DNA from: a virus
DNA: 64,000 nucleotides
Direction: 5' to 3' (one strand)
Virus record (IMG/VR): IMGVR_UViG_3300005099_000066
Location: 1 to 64,000 of that record
Both the position numbers and the translations under genes were made by a program. The first letter of the stretch is position 1. Every line of letters begins with the position of its first letter. Below the pieces are notes generated by a model. The model was given only the letters and a program-made list of their open reading frames with translations, did no database searches and was not told the DNA's origin. Positions 18,183 through 27,717 of this stretch are shown in pieces.

Positions 18183-19424
18183 CTAATACAAAATTCCTTC
18201 AGTTTGAGAAATCCATTGTTTTATTGTGCTAATTAAATCCTTATCATAAAACTTACCCTCAAAGTCTATCCAGTTGTTTGCTATGTCCAGAATTTTCTTC
18301 CAGGCATTGTCAACTGTTTTGTCATTTACCATGATTAAGCCAACTAAATCATCTCCTGGAATGAAATAATAATTATTCTTTACTTTAGCAACTCTTCTAA
18401 ATTCCCATTCTCTTAAACACTCCATATCTGGATTATCAAACATCTTTCCAGTTATTTTTAACCATTCGTCAGTATTTTTAGTAGCCAAATACAAACCAAC
18501 AAGCCAATTACCATTTACATTCCAGGGCACAGATTTTGCCTTTCCTGTTGCAATATGATATAGAAAGTCTGTATAATTTTTCAGGTATTTAGTCCAGAAT
18601 AAAGACAATGACTGAGCAAATCTGGAAGTAATATCAGTAACATATAGATTTTTATTTTTATCCATAAATCCTTCCAGAGAAAAGGGACCAGTGTAATTTG
18701 ATGCTTCCTTTTGACTAAATATCTTTTCTAATATTCCATTCCACAAAGATTTTTCAACTATCTTTAAAATATAGCCTGTTCCAGTAGCAAGTCCTACAGT
18801 GTATGGTTTTAGAATTTTGCCTTTGGATACCCAGACATCACATCCCACTTCAATCATATTTCTCATGTTTCTTTGTATTATTATAGGAGAAGTCTCGGAG
18901 AAGGGACCAATTGCACTTCTTAATTCTTCCAGCTTTGTTTTAGTATTACTATCATCTTTGGCATACCATGTGTCAATATTACCTCTAAAAATAGAATCAA
19001 CTTTTACCCAACAATCGTAATTGTATTGTTTAATTAAAACATAGGCTTCATCTACACCTTTAGCAATTTTGTATTCAGGAACTTTAACACCTATCTTATC
19101 AAGAAATTTGTAGCCTCTTGATTTGGAAATTTCATACTGTTCTAATTCTGCTCCAGACACGACATAATTTTTCTCAGATTTTAAGTAATTCACAAAATGC
19201 CCCATTCCAACATCAACAAATACAAGCAAATCGTAATTGTCTAACTCTCCAAAATCATATATTCTTCTGAATGAATCAAAACCCATACCTATTGCATATT
19301 CTTCCAGTCTTGGAAAGCCTTTTGAAATAGGAGTAAATAAATACACATCATGCCCATCAAAAGCCATTCTTGTGGCTTGTCCAAGTCCTGCAAATCCCTC
19401 TGTATCAACTACTAATATTTTCAT
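18183..19424 (-). CDS. Second, divergent PurD-like ATP-grasp protein
   Basis: MKILVVDT..G...A.RMAFDGHDVYLF parallels the paralog's MKYLIVDTG..A.RLANEGEEVYYY; IEVGCD, FSLEG, TDITSRF. Confidence 0.7.
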   Translation of the reverse strand: MKILVVDTEGFAGLGQATRMAFDGHDVYLFTPISKGFPRLEEYAIGMGFDSFRRIYDFGELDNYDLLVFVDVGMGHFVNYLKSEKNYVVSGAELEQYEISKSRGYKFLDKIGVKVPEYKIAKGVDEAYVLIKQYNYDCWVKVDSIFRGNIDTWYAKDDSNTKTKLEELRSAIGPFSETSPIIIQRNMRNMIEVGCDVWVSKGKILKPYTVGLATGTGYILKIVEKSLWNGILEKIFSQKEASNYTGPFSLEGFMDKNKNLYVTDITSRFAQSLSLFWTKYLKNYTDFLYHIATGKAKSVPWNVNGNWLVGLYLATKNTDEWLKITGKMFDNPDMECLREWEFRRVAKVKNNYYFIPGDDLVGLIMVNDKTVDNAWKKILDIANNWIDFEGKFYDKDLISTIKQWISQTEGILY

Positions 19425-20344
19425 TCTATTAAATCTATTGCGTTATTATAGTAGAACTCTATAAGATTATCAATTTCATCTATAACAGCATCAAAGAATT
19501 TTCTTTCTTCTTCAAATAATTTGATATTATATCTGGAAGCAACTATATCCACATTTCCCTTTCTCCAAAATCCGTCAGGACAATAAACTAAAACATTTTT
19601 ATCTCTGAATAAACCAAGTTCAAGAAGTGTTATAGGGGATTTTGTTCCAGGCACAAAGTAATAAATATTTATATCAGTTAATTCCTGACTCATCAATTCC
19701 CATTCAACTTGTTCTCTAAAATATGGATTATTTATGCTTTGTTCCCACGAAGAATCCCAGTCATCTCTGCGAGGATTTACTATGAAGACAATATATGATA
19801 ATTCGTTGTCTTTTGCATAATTTTTCAAGTAGGAATATATATGGTTTGTTAACCTTTTTTGCCAATTTTCAGCTGTTCCCATCTCAATAGAACCACCCAG
19901 AAATATTGAAACTGGAAATTCTCCTATATCAAGAAAGTAATTATACAAAGGTTTCCATTCAGTAGGAGCTTTTATTTCATACAACAGAATCTTTGTTGTT
20001 TCATTAACCAATTTTATTTCATTATCATTCAATTCAGAATCTTCTTCGAAATTTTTTAACAGAGTATCAAGAAAAAGCTGTTTTTCTGTTTTGGATAGAG
20101 ATTTGAGATATTTTGTTTTGAATTTATTAAATGTGTTTTTATTCATAAGAATTTTTTCAATAGCAATATCTTTGAAAATCAGAGTGTCCTTTAAATAATC
20201 TGGAAGAAACAGTTTTTCTGCTGCTTCATTTGATTTTTCCAAAAAAGCCATAAGAAGATTGTAAATTTCTTTTTCAGAAGAAGGTGTTTCAGGGAAAGTA
20301 ATTTTGAAAATCGAAGGCTGTTCTGTTGGCTTAAATTCCCACAT
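19421..20344 (-). CDS. Nucleoside 2-deoxyribosyltransferase-like protein (C-terminal domain) with an N-terminal extension
   Basis: IFLGGSIEMG.AENWQ...NPRRDDWD...QVEWEL...SPITLLELG...CPDGFWRKGNVDIV. Confidence 0.85.
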   Translation of the reverse strand: MWEFKPTEQPSIFKITFPETPSSEKEIYNLLMAFLEKSNEAAEKLFLPDYLKDTLIFKDIAIEKILMNKNTFNKFKTKYLKSLSKTEKQLFLDTLLKNFEEDSELNDNEIKLVNETTKILLYEIKAPTEWKPLYNYFLDIGEFPVSIFLGGSIEMGTAENWQKRLTNHIYSYLKNYAKDNELSYIVFIVNPRRDDWDSSWEQSINNPYFREQVEWELMSQELTDINIYYFVPGTKSPITLLELGLFRDKNVLVYCPDGFWRKGNVDIVASRYNIKLFEEERKFFDAVIDEIDNLIEFYYNNAIDLIE

Positions 20345-20354
20345 AATAGTCTCC

Positions 20355-20726
20355 TTACAGTTTTACAAAGTTGTAAAAATCTTCAATTTTATTCAAAACA
20401 AATTTCCTTATCTTTCTTTGTCTCATAAGTTTTACTCTTTCTTCAGGAAAATTCCAGGAATACTCTAATTCAGCCAATTCGTAATATCTCTCAGCTTCTT
20501 CAGCAATCACATATTTTAATTCTTCCAAAAAGCTTTCTGTATCACCTTTCACATCTGCCTTTACTATAAATGCTTCTTCAGTTAAATCATAATCATATTC
20601 AGCAATTTCGAAATCATACTCATCGGAATATTCCATAAATTCCTCGAATAACAACTCAAGTGAACCCAAAAGCCATTTCCAGAATGGTCTATCAAGATTC
20701 GAAACAGGAATTTTTACCTCAATCAT
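20355..20726 (-). CDS. Acidic hypothetical protein
   Basis: ATGA overlap. Confidence 0.6.
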   Translation of the reverse strand: MIEVKIPVSNLDRPFWKWLLGSLELLFEEFMEYSDEYDFEIAEYDYDLTEEAFIVKADVKGDTESFLEELKYVIAEEAERYYELAELEYSWNFPEERVKLMRQRKIRKFVLNKIEDFYNFVKL

Positions 20727-21055
20727 GATACCTTTGGTGGATTTACTATTTTGCTTTGGTCTGGAATTTCGAGTCCAGTTGTTCTTCTTATATACTCTGC
20801 CACAGATTGTTTATTTGGTCTAAACCAGCCAATTACTCCTTTCAAGTAAAGCAATTCATTTTCCTCTATTGGTAAGTTTATTAGTAATAACAGTATCAAA
20901 CCTTTATCACTGCCAGGAGGCATGTGAGCTTGAACTAACATAGGCTTTTCTACTATTACTGTCCCATCAACTTGCGTGCCTTTGTAGTAACCCATTACCC
21001 ATCCAGCATGTGTTATAAATACTACTAATTCATTTATATCAGGCATTGTTTGCAT
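20723..21055 (-). CDS. Hypothetical protein (Sm-like beta composition)
   Basis: AGGAGG RBS, directly downstream of terminase. Confidence 0.55.
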   Translation of the reverse strand: MQTMPDINELVVFITHAGWVMGYYKGTQVDGTVIVEKPMLVQAHMPPGSDKGLILLLLINLPIEENELLYLKGVIGWFRPNKQSVAEYIRRTTGLEIPDQSKIVNPPKVS

Positions 21056-21065
21056 AATAACCTCC

Positions 21066-22925
21066 TTATTTGTCTAATTCTCTTATTCGAGAAGGAATAT
21101 TCACTCCTTCTCTTCCTCCTCCAATAATTTTTGTCCCTCCAAGGGGATTTGATGGGGGAACTAACTGTCTGAGGGGAGATTCCACTCTCGCAGTTGAAAC
21201 TGTTGAAGCCTTTCCAACTGCGAGTTTTCTTGCTTCTGCTTCAGATAAAGTTATTGAATCAGTTTTAGAGTCTATATGAAACAGTTTATTAAACCAAAAG
21301 ACCAAACCAACTATTGAATCAGCAATATCCTGATATCCCGTTATTACTCTGGGCTTTGAAGAGCCTGATGGAGGCTGGAGGTTTTTAAATTGTGAAATTG
21401 CCAAATATGATTCTTCCTGGTTTGGAAATATTATTGCTGGAGGATTAGAATAAAACAGATTTTTTGCACTGATATAATCTTGCTGATTTACAGGTTTATC
21501 ATCCCATTCTTTAGCAAGATGTTTAAAAGCAGCAGTGTTCCATTTGTCTGACTTTATTTTTGTAATATTCAAATACTTTGCAAGTCTACCTATTACATCA
21601 TAATAATTCCATAAATCTACTGATACATTCTTTTGTTTATCTGTTTGCCAGACTAAAATTGCATCAACTATTAAGAGTGGAGTTCCTCTTTGTATTAAGC
21701 CATGTCCTATTGCAACTGCTGCCATACAGTCAACTTCTCCTGGGTCTATACCCATAAAGTATTCGTATGGCTCTGGTTTTCTTGTAAATCTTAAGGTATC
21801 AGGTTTGTAAACAAATTTGTTTCCATTAGCAGTTTTTATAATTTCACTTTCGGCAATTACAAGAGGCAATCTGTTTTTATCAACAAAAACATCCTCATCC
21901 AAAACTTGTAAAACAGGCATCCATCTTTCTACAGAATATCCTACTGGAAGGGCAAGATATTTAGCTACAGCTGAATTAAAATCTCTGTCAAATTGAGTTT
22001 TGAAATCCATGGGGACATCAACTTCTAAATCAAATTCTTTCACATAAATTCTAAAAGTTTCTTTGCTAAAGAATTTCTTTGGTTTGACTTGCCATGTAAA
22101 ATAGTGAGAAGTATAGGCATTATCATATTTTCCATTTTTGACTTCTTCATGTAAAATATATGTAAAATCATTCTTTTTATCGAGTCTGGGGAATGATGTT
22201 ACAAGTCCCAGGTATGGAAGCTCTCTTGTTGAAGTTGTAGCTGTATTAAAAATCTTTTCAGCATTATGGATTCCAGATTGTGAAACATGTCCAGAAGCTT
22301 CATCCATAACAAAAGCAATAAGAGTCAAACCTTCCCATGATTCATTTTTGGAGGGAACTGATATGAATTCTACATTTATTGAACTGAATTTTATTGTATT
22401 TCCAGCTATATGAATTTTTGGCAATGACCTATCACATATATGTGAATTAACTATTTTTCCATGTTCCTCAATAGGATATTTGTTGAAAAATTTTGAATTC
22501 TTTATTCTGGCCTTTACTCTGTCAAACATTTTCTGGGACTGATTCTGGTTAGTTGCGACAGTTATAATTGATATAGCATCTGCTTTTGATACTCCAAAGA
22601 AATCATGAGGGTTTGGTTCAAGAAAGTGTAGAAGATAAATAACATAAGTAATTATGTTAGCAGAAACAAGTCCCTTTCCACTTCCCTTTCCCCAAAGAAG
22701 AACAGATAAATTTGGTCTTGTTTCAGGTGTAAAAAATAAGACAGGATCCCCTTTCACTCCACCTTCTCCAATAATAGCAAGAGATTCTCTGGTTTGGACT
22801 TCAGATAATTTTACCTCATTTAAATCATTATACAAAAATTCAAGAAATGGAAGAACATTGTGTGTTGGCTTTTTGACTTCAGATTTATTCTCACTTATTA
22901 GTATTTTTCTCCAATCAGAACTCAT
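21066..22925 (-). CDS. terL: Terminase large subunit
   Basis: Walker A WGKGSGKG, VATNQNQS, Walker B FVMDEAS, TSFP coupling motif, RNase H nuclease MGIDPG...SDKWN...DIADS. Confidence 0.85.
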   Translation of the reverse strand: MSSDWRKILISENKSEVKKPTHNVLPFLEFLYNDLNEVKLSEVQTRESLAIIGEGGVKGDPVLFFTPETRPNLSVLLWGKGSGKGLVSANIITYVIYLLHFLEPNPHDFFGVSKADAISIITVATNQNQSQKMFDRVKARIKNSKFFNKYPIEEHGKIVNSHICDRSLPKIHIAGNTIKFSSINVEFISVPSKNESWEGLTLIAFVMDEASGHVSQSGIHNAEKIFNTATTSTRELPYLGLVTSFPRLDKKNDFTYILHEEVKNGKYDNAYTSHYFTWQVKPKKFFSKETFRIYVKEFDLEVDVPMDFKTQFDRDFNSAVAKYLALPVGYSVERWMPVLQVLDEDVFVDKNRLPLVIAESEIIKTANGNKFVYKPDTLRFTRKPEPYEYFMGIDPGEVDCMAAVAIGHGLIQRGTPLLIVDAILVWQTDKQKNVSVDLWNYYDVIGRLAKYLNITKIKSDKWNTAAFKHLAKEWDDKPVNQQDYISAKNLFYSNPPAIIFPNQEESYLAISQFKNLQPPSGSSKPRVITGYQDIADSIVGLVFWFNKLFHIDSKTDSITLSEAEARKLAVGKASTVSTARVESPLRQLVPPSNPLGGTKIIGGGREGVNIPSRIRELDK

Positions 22926-23076
22926 TCAAAATCTCCTTTTTCAGCTTATCCTTTTCTCTCTTTCTGTTGTATTGCTTCTTTTTGTTTGGTATGATTTTTG
23001 TTGGTGGAGGAACTTTCTTTCTTATTGATTTGATAATTTCCAAACCAGAAATTTTACTTTTCCTTTTCATTTTCAT
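22915..23076 (-). CDS. Small highly basic protein
   Basis: MKMKRKSK...SIRKKVPPPTKIIPNKKKQYNRKREK; bridges primase and terminase. Confidence 0.55.
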   Translation of the reverse strand: MKMKRKSKISGLEIIKSIRKKVPPPTKIIPNKKKQYNRKREKDKLKKEILNEF

Positions 23077-23978
23077 TAAAAGGTGAATAAAATACAAAAC
23101 CTTTGGTGGGGTGAAATTTAATCAATTCCAAACCAGAATAGTATGGAAATATATATTCAAGTATTTTGCCATGTAAATCAGCAGGGTCTTTATCTTCAGG
23201 TAGCAAAGCAACAAAGACATCATTTATAAATGACTGAAGTTTCCTGCATAATTCAAAAGCCTCTTTTTGAGCATCCCCATCTAAAGCAACAACAACAGTT
23301 TCAGGAGAGTAACAGTTCTAACAACTGTTTGTGTGTAATTGTTTTTGATAATAGAGCAACTGACGGACAATTGTATTCTTTGTATACTGATAAAGCATCC
23401 ATAATTCCTTCAGTAATAAAAAGAGGTTTTCCCAATCCAAGTGAAGTAATGGAAAATTTGAAGAGAGGTTTTTTCACTCCAGATGGATTCAGAAAGTCAT
23501 GTTTACCTACTTTTCTTAAAACATAATAATCCATATCACCTGCCCATGTATAGGATTTAAACATAAGCCATATATCAGAATTTGTTTTGTTAACAACTAT
23601 GCTGTAAAATTCCCTTGGGATTTTTGTTTTTAAATCTTCAATAGATATTCCAAGTCTCATAGCTAAATACATTTCAGAAATCAATTGTGCTTGTCCTGCT
23701 ACTTTCTGATAACCATTTGGAAAACTTAACTTGACTTCTTCAACTTCTTCTACTTTTTCGAAATCAACTATTTTTGAAGAAACAGACATAATTGTCTGAA
23801 CATAGTGTTTGGGCAAAATGGACAAACTTCCTGATTTACCACATCTGAAACAATGAAAGACTCCTTTTCGAGGATTCACATACAGATGATATTTTGAGTC
23901 AGGAGGCTTTCCTATTTCAACACAGAAGGGACAATTGAATCTTATTTCTCCTGACGAAGTCAATTTAAAATTAACCAA
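23054..23978 (-). CDS. DnaG-type primase (zinc finger + TOPRIM), interrupted by a +1 frameshift at about 23303-23317
   Basis: CPFC..H...CFRC and ITEGIMDALSV in frame 0; the +1 frame (23305-23054) supplies VVVALDGDA and LPEDKDPADL. Confidence 0.85.
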
Positions 23979-24069
23979 AGTTCAAACCTCCTCTGTTTTA
24001 TTAGATAGTAATTACAGCCTATTTTTTGTTTTGGCATCAGTTGAAGATAGAATTGAAAATTCGCTCCGC

Positions 24070-24167
24070 GAATATATAATATAATATCTCTGATATTATA
24101 TTATATATTCCGTAAAGTAATAATATATAATATTATTACTTTGCGAAATTATTATATTATATAATTT
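24070..24167. repeat. Three abutting AT-rich inverted repeats (19-bp perfect, 16-bp with one mismatch, 7-10-bp imperfect); candidate origin/cruciform
   Basis: 24070-24088 vs 24092-24110; 24111-24126 vs 24130-24145; 24146-24167. Confidence 0.9.
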
Positions 24168-24231
24168 ACATATTATAAAAACTTTATATAGGACAGCTCA
24201 GCAAATCTTTTTCTATTTTTCAGTTTGCTTT

Positions 24232-24289
24232 CAATTTTTGATAAAATCGAATCTAATATAATAGAGATGGAAATAAAAAAGGAGGTAAA
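24232..24289 (+). promoter_or_regulatory. Repeated promoter+RBS cassette, copy 1
   Basis: caatttttgataaaatcgaatctaatataatagagatggaaataaaaaaggaggtaaa. Confidence 0.85.
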
Positions 24290-24297
24290 ATGAGACA

Positions 24298-24699
24298 ATG
24301 AAAAATATTTTTATTGTCCATAGGTGTTTGATGTGTGGTGAATGTTGCAAAAAATCCAGAGTTCATATGACGGAAGAAGAATTCAAAAAAGTTCCAAAGA
24401 GATTTCATTTTCTTTTTCACAAAGTATATGTGAAAAGTAAGGATGTTATTTTGTATAAAGTAAAAGTTCGGGATATGGAAACGGGAGAGTTAATTGCTTG
24501 GAATTCATTTTTAGAGGTTATGGATGATAAATATGTTTGTGGGGCTTTGATGAATGATGGAAAATGTTTTCTTCATCCTTACAAGCCTCAGATTTGTAAA
24601 GATATTTGGTGCAAGAAATCTGAAATAAGCATTTTTAAGTTTGTTTTAGAAAAGTTGAGGAGGGTTAAAAGATGGATAAAAAGAAAAAAGATTGGGTAA
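24298..24699 (+). CDS. YkgJ-type CxxCxxCC cysteine-cluster protein
   Basis: CLMCGECC...CGALMNDGKCFLHPYKPQIC. Confidence 0.8.
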   Translation: MKNIFIVHRCLMCGECCKKSRVHMTEEEFKKVPKRFHFLFHKVYVKSKDVILYKVKVRDMETGELIAWNSFLEVMDDKYVCGALMNDGKCFLHPYKPQICKDIWCKKSEISIFKFVLEKLRRVKRWIKRKKIG

Positions 24700-24893
24700 G
24701 TGTGTGGGTAGATGCAATTGGGGAAATGGGAGAAATCTCTTCTTCAGGTAATTACTCGTGTTATGTTGTTTCTCTTAATCTCGGACATTTCAGAAGTATG
24801 GTGGAAAAATCTGATATATCTGCAAGAAATAAGAAAAAGATTTTGGATTTGTTGGATGAAATAGAAATTATTTTAGAAGGGGAATTGAAATAA
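24672..24893 (+). CDS. Small hypothetical protein
   Basis: GAGGAGG RBS. Confidence 0.55.
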   Translation: MDKKKKDWVSVWVDAIGEMGEISSSGNYSCYVVSLNLGHFRSMVEKSDISARNKKKILDLLDEIEIILEGELK

Positions 24894-24913
24894 GTGATGA
24901 AAGGAGGTGTAAA

Positions 24914-25114
24914 ATGAAAAAGAAAGAATTTGTCCAGCACGGGTGTAAAATCCGTGTTGAACGCACATCGCAAGGGGCTTTAAAGTATTTCTATTTCTGT
25001 GCAAAATGCGGGCGTTCGATTAAAGAAGCAAAATTTTTGAGTGAAAAGGGGTATTATGAGAGAATAACTACATATAAATGCCCATGTGGAAATATATACC
25101 GAATATATTCATAA
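24914..25114 (+). CDS. Small zinc-ribbon protein
   Basis: CAKCG...CPCG; AGGAGGTG RBS. Confidence 0.6.
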   Translation: MKKKEFVQHGCKIRVERTSQGALKYFYFCAKCGRSIKEAKFLSEKGYYERITTYKCPCGNIYRIYS

Positions 25115-25155
25115 TTTCATTTCTTTTGCAAATAATAAAAAGGAGGTGTAAATAT

Positions 25156-25599
25156 ATGAATCCTTTGAAAAAATGGTATGTTGAGTTTGCTGTAAAAAGG
25201 ATGAAGATATTGAAGAAGTATAATCTCAAGACAGCATACGATGTAGCAAATTTTTTCATTAAGAGCAATCTAATGGAGAAAGAACCTGATTTTTGCCCTC
25301 TATTTAAGTCAGGTAAAAAATGCCATGATATTCCTGATGATGAATTGAATTGTTTCTTTTGTGCTTGTCCATACTATGATTTTGATAAATGGGATGAGGA
25401 TAAGAAGGAATTTGGAGGATGTTTAGTTCATTCTAAAATTGGATTCAGAAACGAGTATGGTTATTGGGACTGTTCGGAATGTGTTGCTGTTCATAGGAAA
25501 GTTTTTGTTAAAACAATTCTTGAAACTAATTCAGAATTTCTAAAACAATTGATAAAGGAAGCTGAAGAGTTTAAAAGAAAGAAATCTGAGAAAAATTGA
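25156..25599 (+). CDS. Cysteine-rich small-domain (zf-like) protein
   Basis: FCPLF...KCH...NCFFCACPYY...WDCSECVAVH; start moved to ATG 25156 after AGGAGG. Confidence 0.7.
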   Translation: MNPLKKWYVEFAVKRMKILKKYNLKTAYDVANFFIKSNLMEKEPDFCPLFKSGKKCHDIPDDELNCFFCACPYYDFDKWDEDKKEFGGCLVHSKIGFRNEYGYWDCSECVAVHRKVFVKTILETNSEFLKQLIKEAEEFKRKKSEKN

Positions 25600-25624
25600 T
25601 TTACTGGAAATGGAGTGTTGATTT

Positions 25625-26266
25625 ATGCCAAGTGAAGGTAATATTAGAATTTTGTTTGTTGGAGATTTACACATTGTTGACCATCAGGATATGTTTAATT
25701 GGATTGATGTGTTTGAAGAATTGTATAGTAGGGCAAAATTTGATTTTATGATTTTGCTTGGGGATATGGAATTTCCAGAAGTTCCTTCATTTTCGTTTCC
25801 CTGGGGATACATATACGGTAATCATGATAATTTGGGTATTCTTTACAGTAGCAATGGTGTAAATTTACATAGAAATGTATATGAAGTTAATGGAGTAAAA
25901 ATAGCAGGGCTTGGTGGGAATTTTCAGATGAAGGCATGGAACGAGATAAATAATATTGAAGAATGGATAAAGAAGTATGGTGGAACGGGCAGAAGGGAAC
26001 ATGCTCTTTTTAGAGATGATGTCGAGTTTCTTTTATGTTTTAAATATGATATTCTTGTTTCTCATGATGCCCCGTCGAACTTTTTGAATTATGAAAATCA
26101 AAATCCAGCTATGGACAGACTTTTGAAAGAAAATCCTCCGAAACTATTTGTTGTTCATGGTCATTTCCATATTCCGCTTTATTATCAGAAATTTGGTGTT
26201 GATATTTATTCAGTGGGAATAAGGCAATATTTTATAAAGGAGGTAAAGAAATGGACTGGAGCATAG
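25625..26266 (+). CDS. Metallophosphoesterase
   Basis: GDLH, LGD, GNHD, SHDAP, HGHFH. Confidence 0.9.
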   Translation: MPSEGNIRILFVGDLHIVDHQDMFNWIDVFEELYSRAKFDFMILLGDMEFPEVPSFSFPWGYIYGNHDNLGILYSSNGVNLHRNVYEVNGVKIAGLGGNFQMKAWNEINNIEEWIKKYGGTGRREHALFRDDVEFLLCFKYDILVSHDAPSNFLNYENQNPAMDRLLKENPPKLFVVHGHFHIPLYYQKFGVDIYSVGIRQYFIKEVKKWTGA

Positions 26267-26983
26267 ATGCGTTTTTCTTTGCTCAATTTGATTTTAGTGA
26301 GTGCATTTACTTGTTTGATGTTAGCAAGTTAGATGATAGAGTGTTAGAAGAACTGGAGAAATATTTGAGTAAAAAGAATAATGAAGAAGTTTATCTTGAT
26401 GATTCAAGTTGGCTGGCTTTGATACCAAAGAGTTGGGAAACACCTGTTTTTATGGAAGAAGGCACAGCATTTGGTTGTTGTAGTGTTAGAAGATATGAGT
26501 ATAATGACAAATTTGATATTGTAATTGGTTTTCATTCTTAAAGGAGGTGTATTTAAAATGATTATGGTCAAAGCAGAAATTAAAGATGATAGGGCAAGTT
26601 GGATAGAAGAATTTGAAGTGGAATCAATAGAAACAGCTGAACAGGAAATTAAGAAAATAATTGCAAATTTTAATGCTACTTTGCGTTCTTATGAACGTCC
26701 CCGTGAATTTGTTCGTTTGATAGTGGAATATGATAGTAGCCTTCTTAAAGAGTATTGTAAAAAGGTTTTGCGAATGTTTGCTCGTGAAGTTAATAATGCA
26801 TATGGAAATATGAAAGTAAAAGAAAATTATAGCAGATGGAGAAAAGTCATTAACAATTTTCTTTCTTTAAAAAGACCAAACAGGTGTTCTTATCAAAAAT
26901 TACTTGATGTGATATGGGAATTTCCGTCGGAGTTCAGGGATGAGAGAGCCATAGAATATATTGAAGGAAAAGCAAAGAGCTGA
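26251..26983 (+). CDS. Two hypothetical proteins (26251-26541; about 26558-26983)
   Basis: Each preceded by AGGAGGT. Confidence 0.55.
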
Positions 26984-27060
26984 AAAGATTGAAATTGTCA
27001 AGAATTGAGATAATGCAAAAAATTAAATATGAATATGGTAAGAATAGAAATTATTCGATA

Positions 27061-27133
27061 ATGTGTGGAAATTTTCCAATTTTTGATAAAATCGAATCTA
27101 ATATAATAGAGATGGAAATAAAAAGGAGGTAAA
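27061..27133 (+). promoter_or_regulatory. Repeated promoter+RBS cassette, copy 2 (73 bp identical to 60887-60959)
   Basis: Includes TGGAAA-T-TTTCCA palindrome, TATAAT and AGGAGG. Confidence 0.9.
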
Positions 27134-27134
27134 G

Positions 27135-27548
27135 ATGAAAGTAAAATTCGAAAAATATAAAACAAATGTAAGCTTGAACTACAACAAAAACACAATAGAA
27201 ATAGAAGAATACTATGCTCTAAAAGTAAATGATGGATTAGCTTATTATTCGAGTGAAAGGGCGTTTTCATTGCTGCCTGGAATTTTGTCGCTTTTTGAAA
27301 GCTATATAGATGAAGCTGGTGTGCCTGGATTTTCGAGTGTGTCGAGGAAGGATGATAGTATTGTTATAAAGTGTTCTCTTCTGGTTAATGAAAGGGTTAT
27401 GGCTGATTTTTCATACAATAGCAATGATATTGATGATTTTGTGAAATTCAAAATAGCTATAAAGGATGTTATAAAGAAATGTGAGGAGGATATCAGAACT
27501 GCTTTGACAATTGAAAAACTTATGAGAAAAAGGGAGAAGAAAGAATGA
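27135..27548 (+). CDS. Hypothetical early protein
   Basis: Directly behind cassette copy 2. Confidence 0.65.
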   Translation: MKVKFEKYKTNVSLNYNKNTIEIEEYYALKVNDGLAYYSSERAFSLLPGILSLFESYIDEAGVPGFSSVSRKDDSIVIKCSLLVNERVMADFSYNSNDIDDFVKFKIAIKDVIKKCEEDIRTALTIEKLMRKREKKE

Positions 27549-27717
27549 AAAAGACTTTCATTCCTTTTCTTCTTGCTTCAGCATGGTCTGAAATATATGA
27601 AAGATTACATAAAAATAAAAGATTTTCTTTTCGTTCTGAAAATTATTTGAATTATGTTCGTTCGATAAAGCCAAAGAGGGGAAGAAAACATAAGAAGTCA
27701 AAAAGGAGGAAATAAAA

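Noticed and set aside
16473-19424. purD as an auxiliary de novo purine gene
   Set aside because: Substrate-binding motifs are altered, the gene is duplicated, it sits in a late-gene context, and no other pur genes are in the window, so no gene symbol was given
23250-23303. TGA readthrough or alternative genetic code explaining the primase break
   Set aside because: Readthrough gives NCCCCFRWG... and another stop; the motifs are in the +1 frame; all three stop codons end intact genes elsewhere
1977-23526. Plus-strand ORFs in the left arm (e.g. 3170-3652, 17098-17463, 23230-23526)
   Set aside because: Antisense shadows of well-supported minus-strand genes; Ser/Phe/Ile-rich, no RBS or motifs
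24070-24145. Rho-independent terminators or tRNA
   Set aside because: Stems are almost pure AT, lack U-tracts, lie between divergent gene starts, and form no cloverleaf
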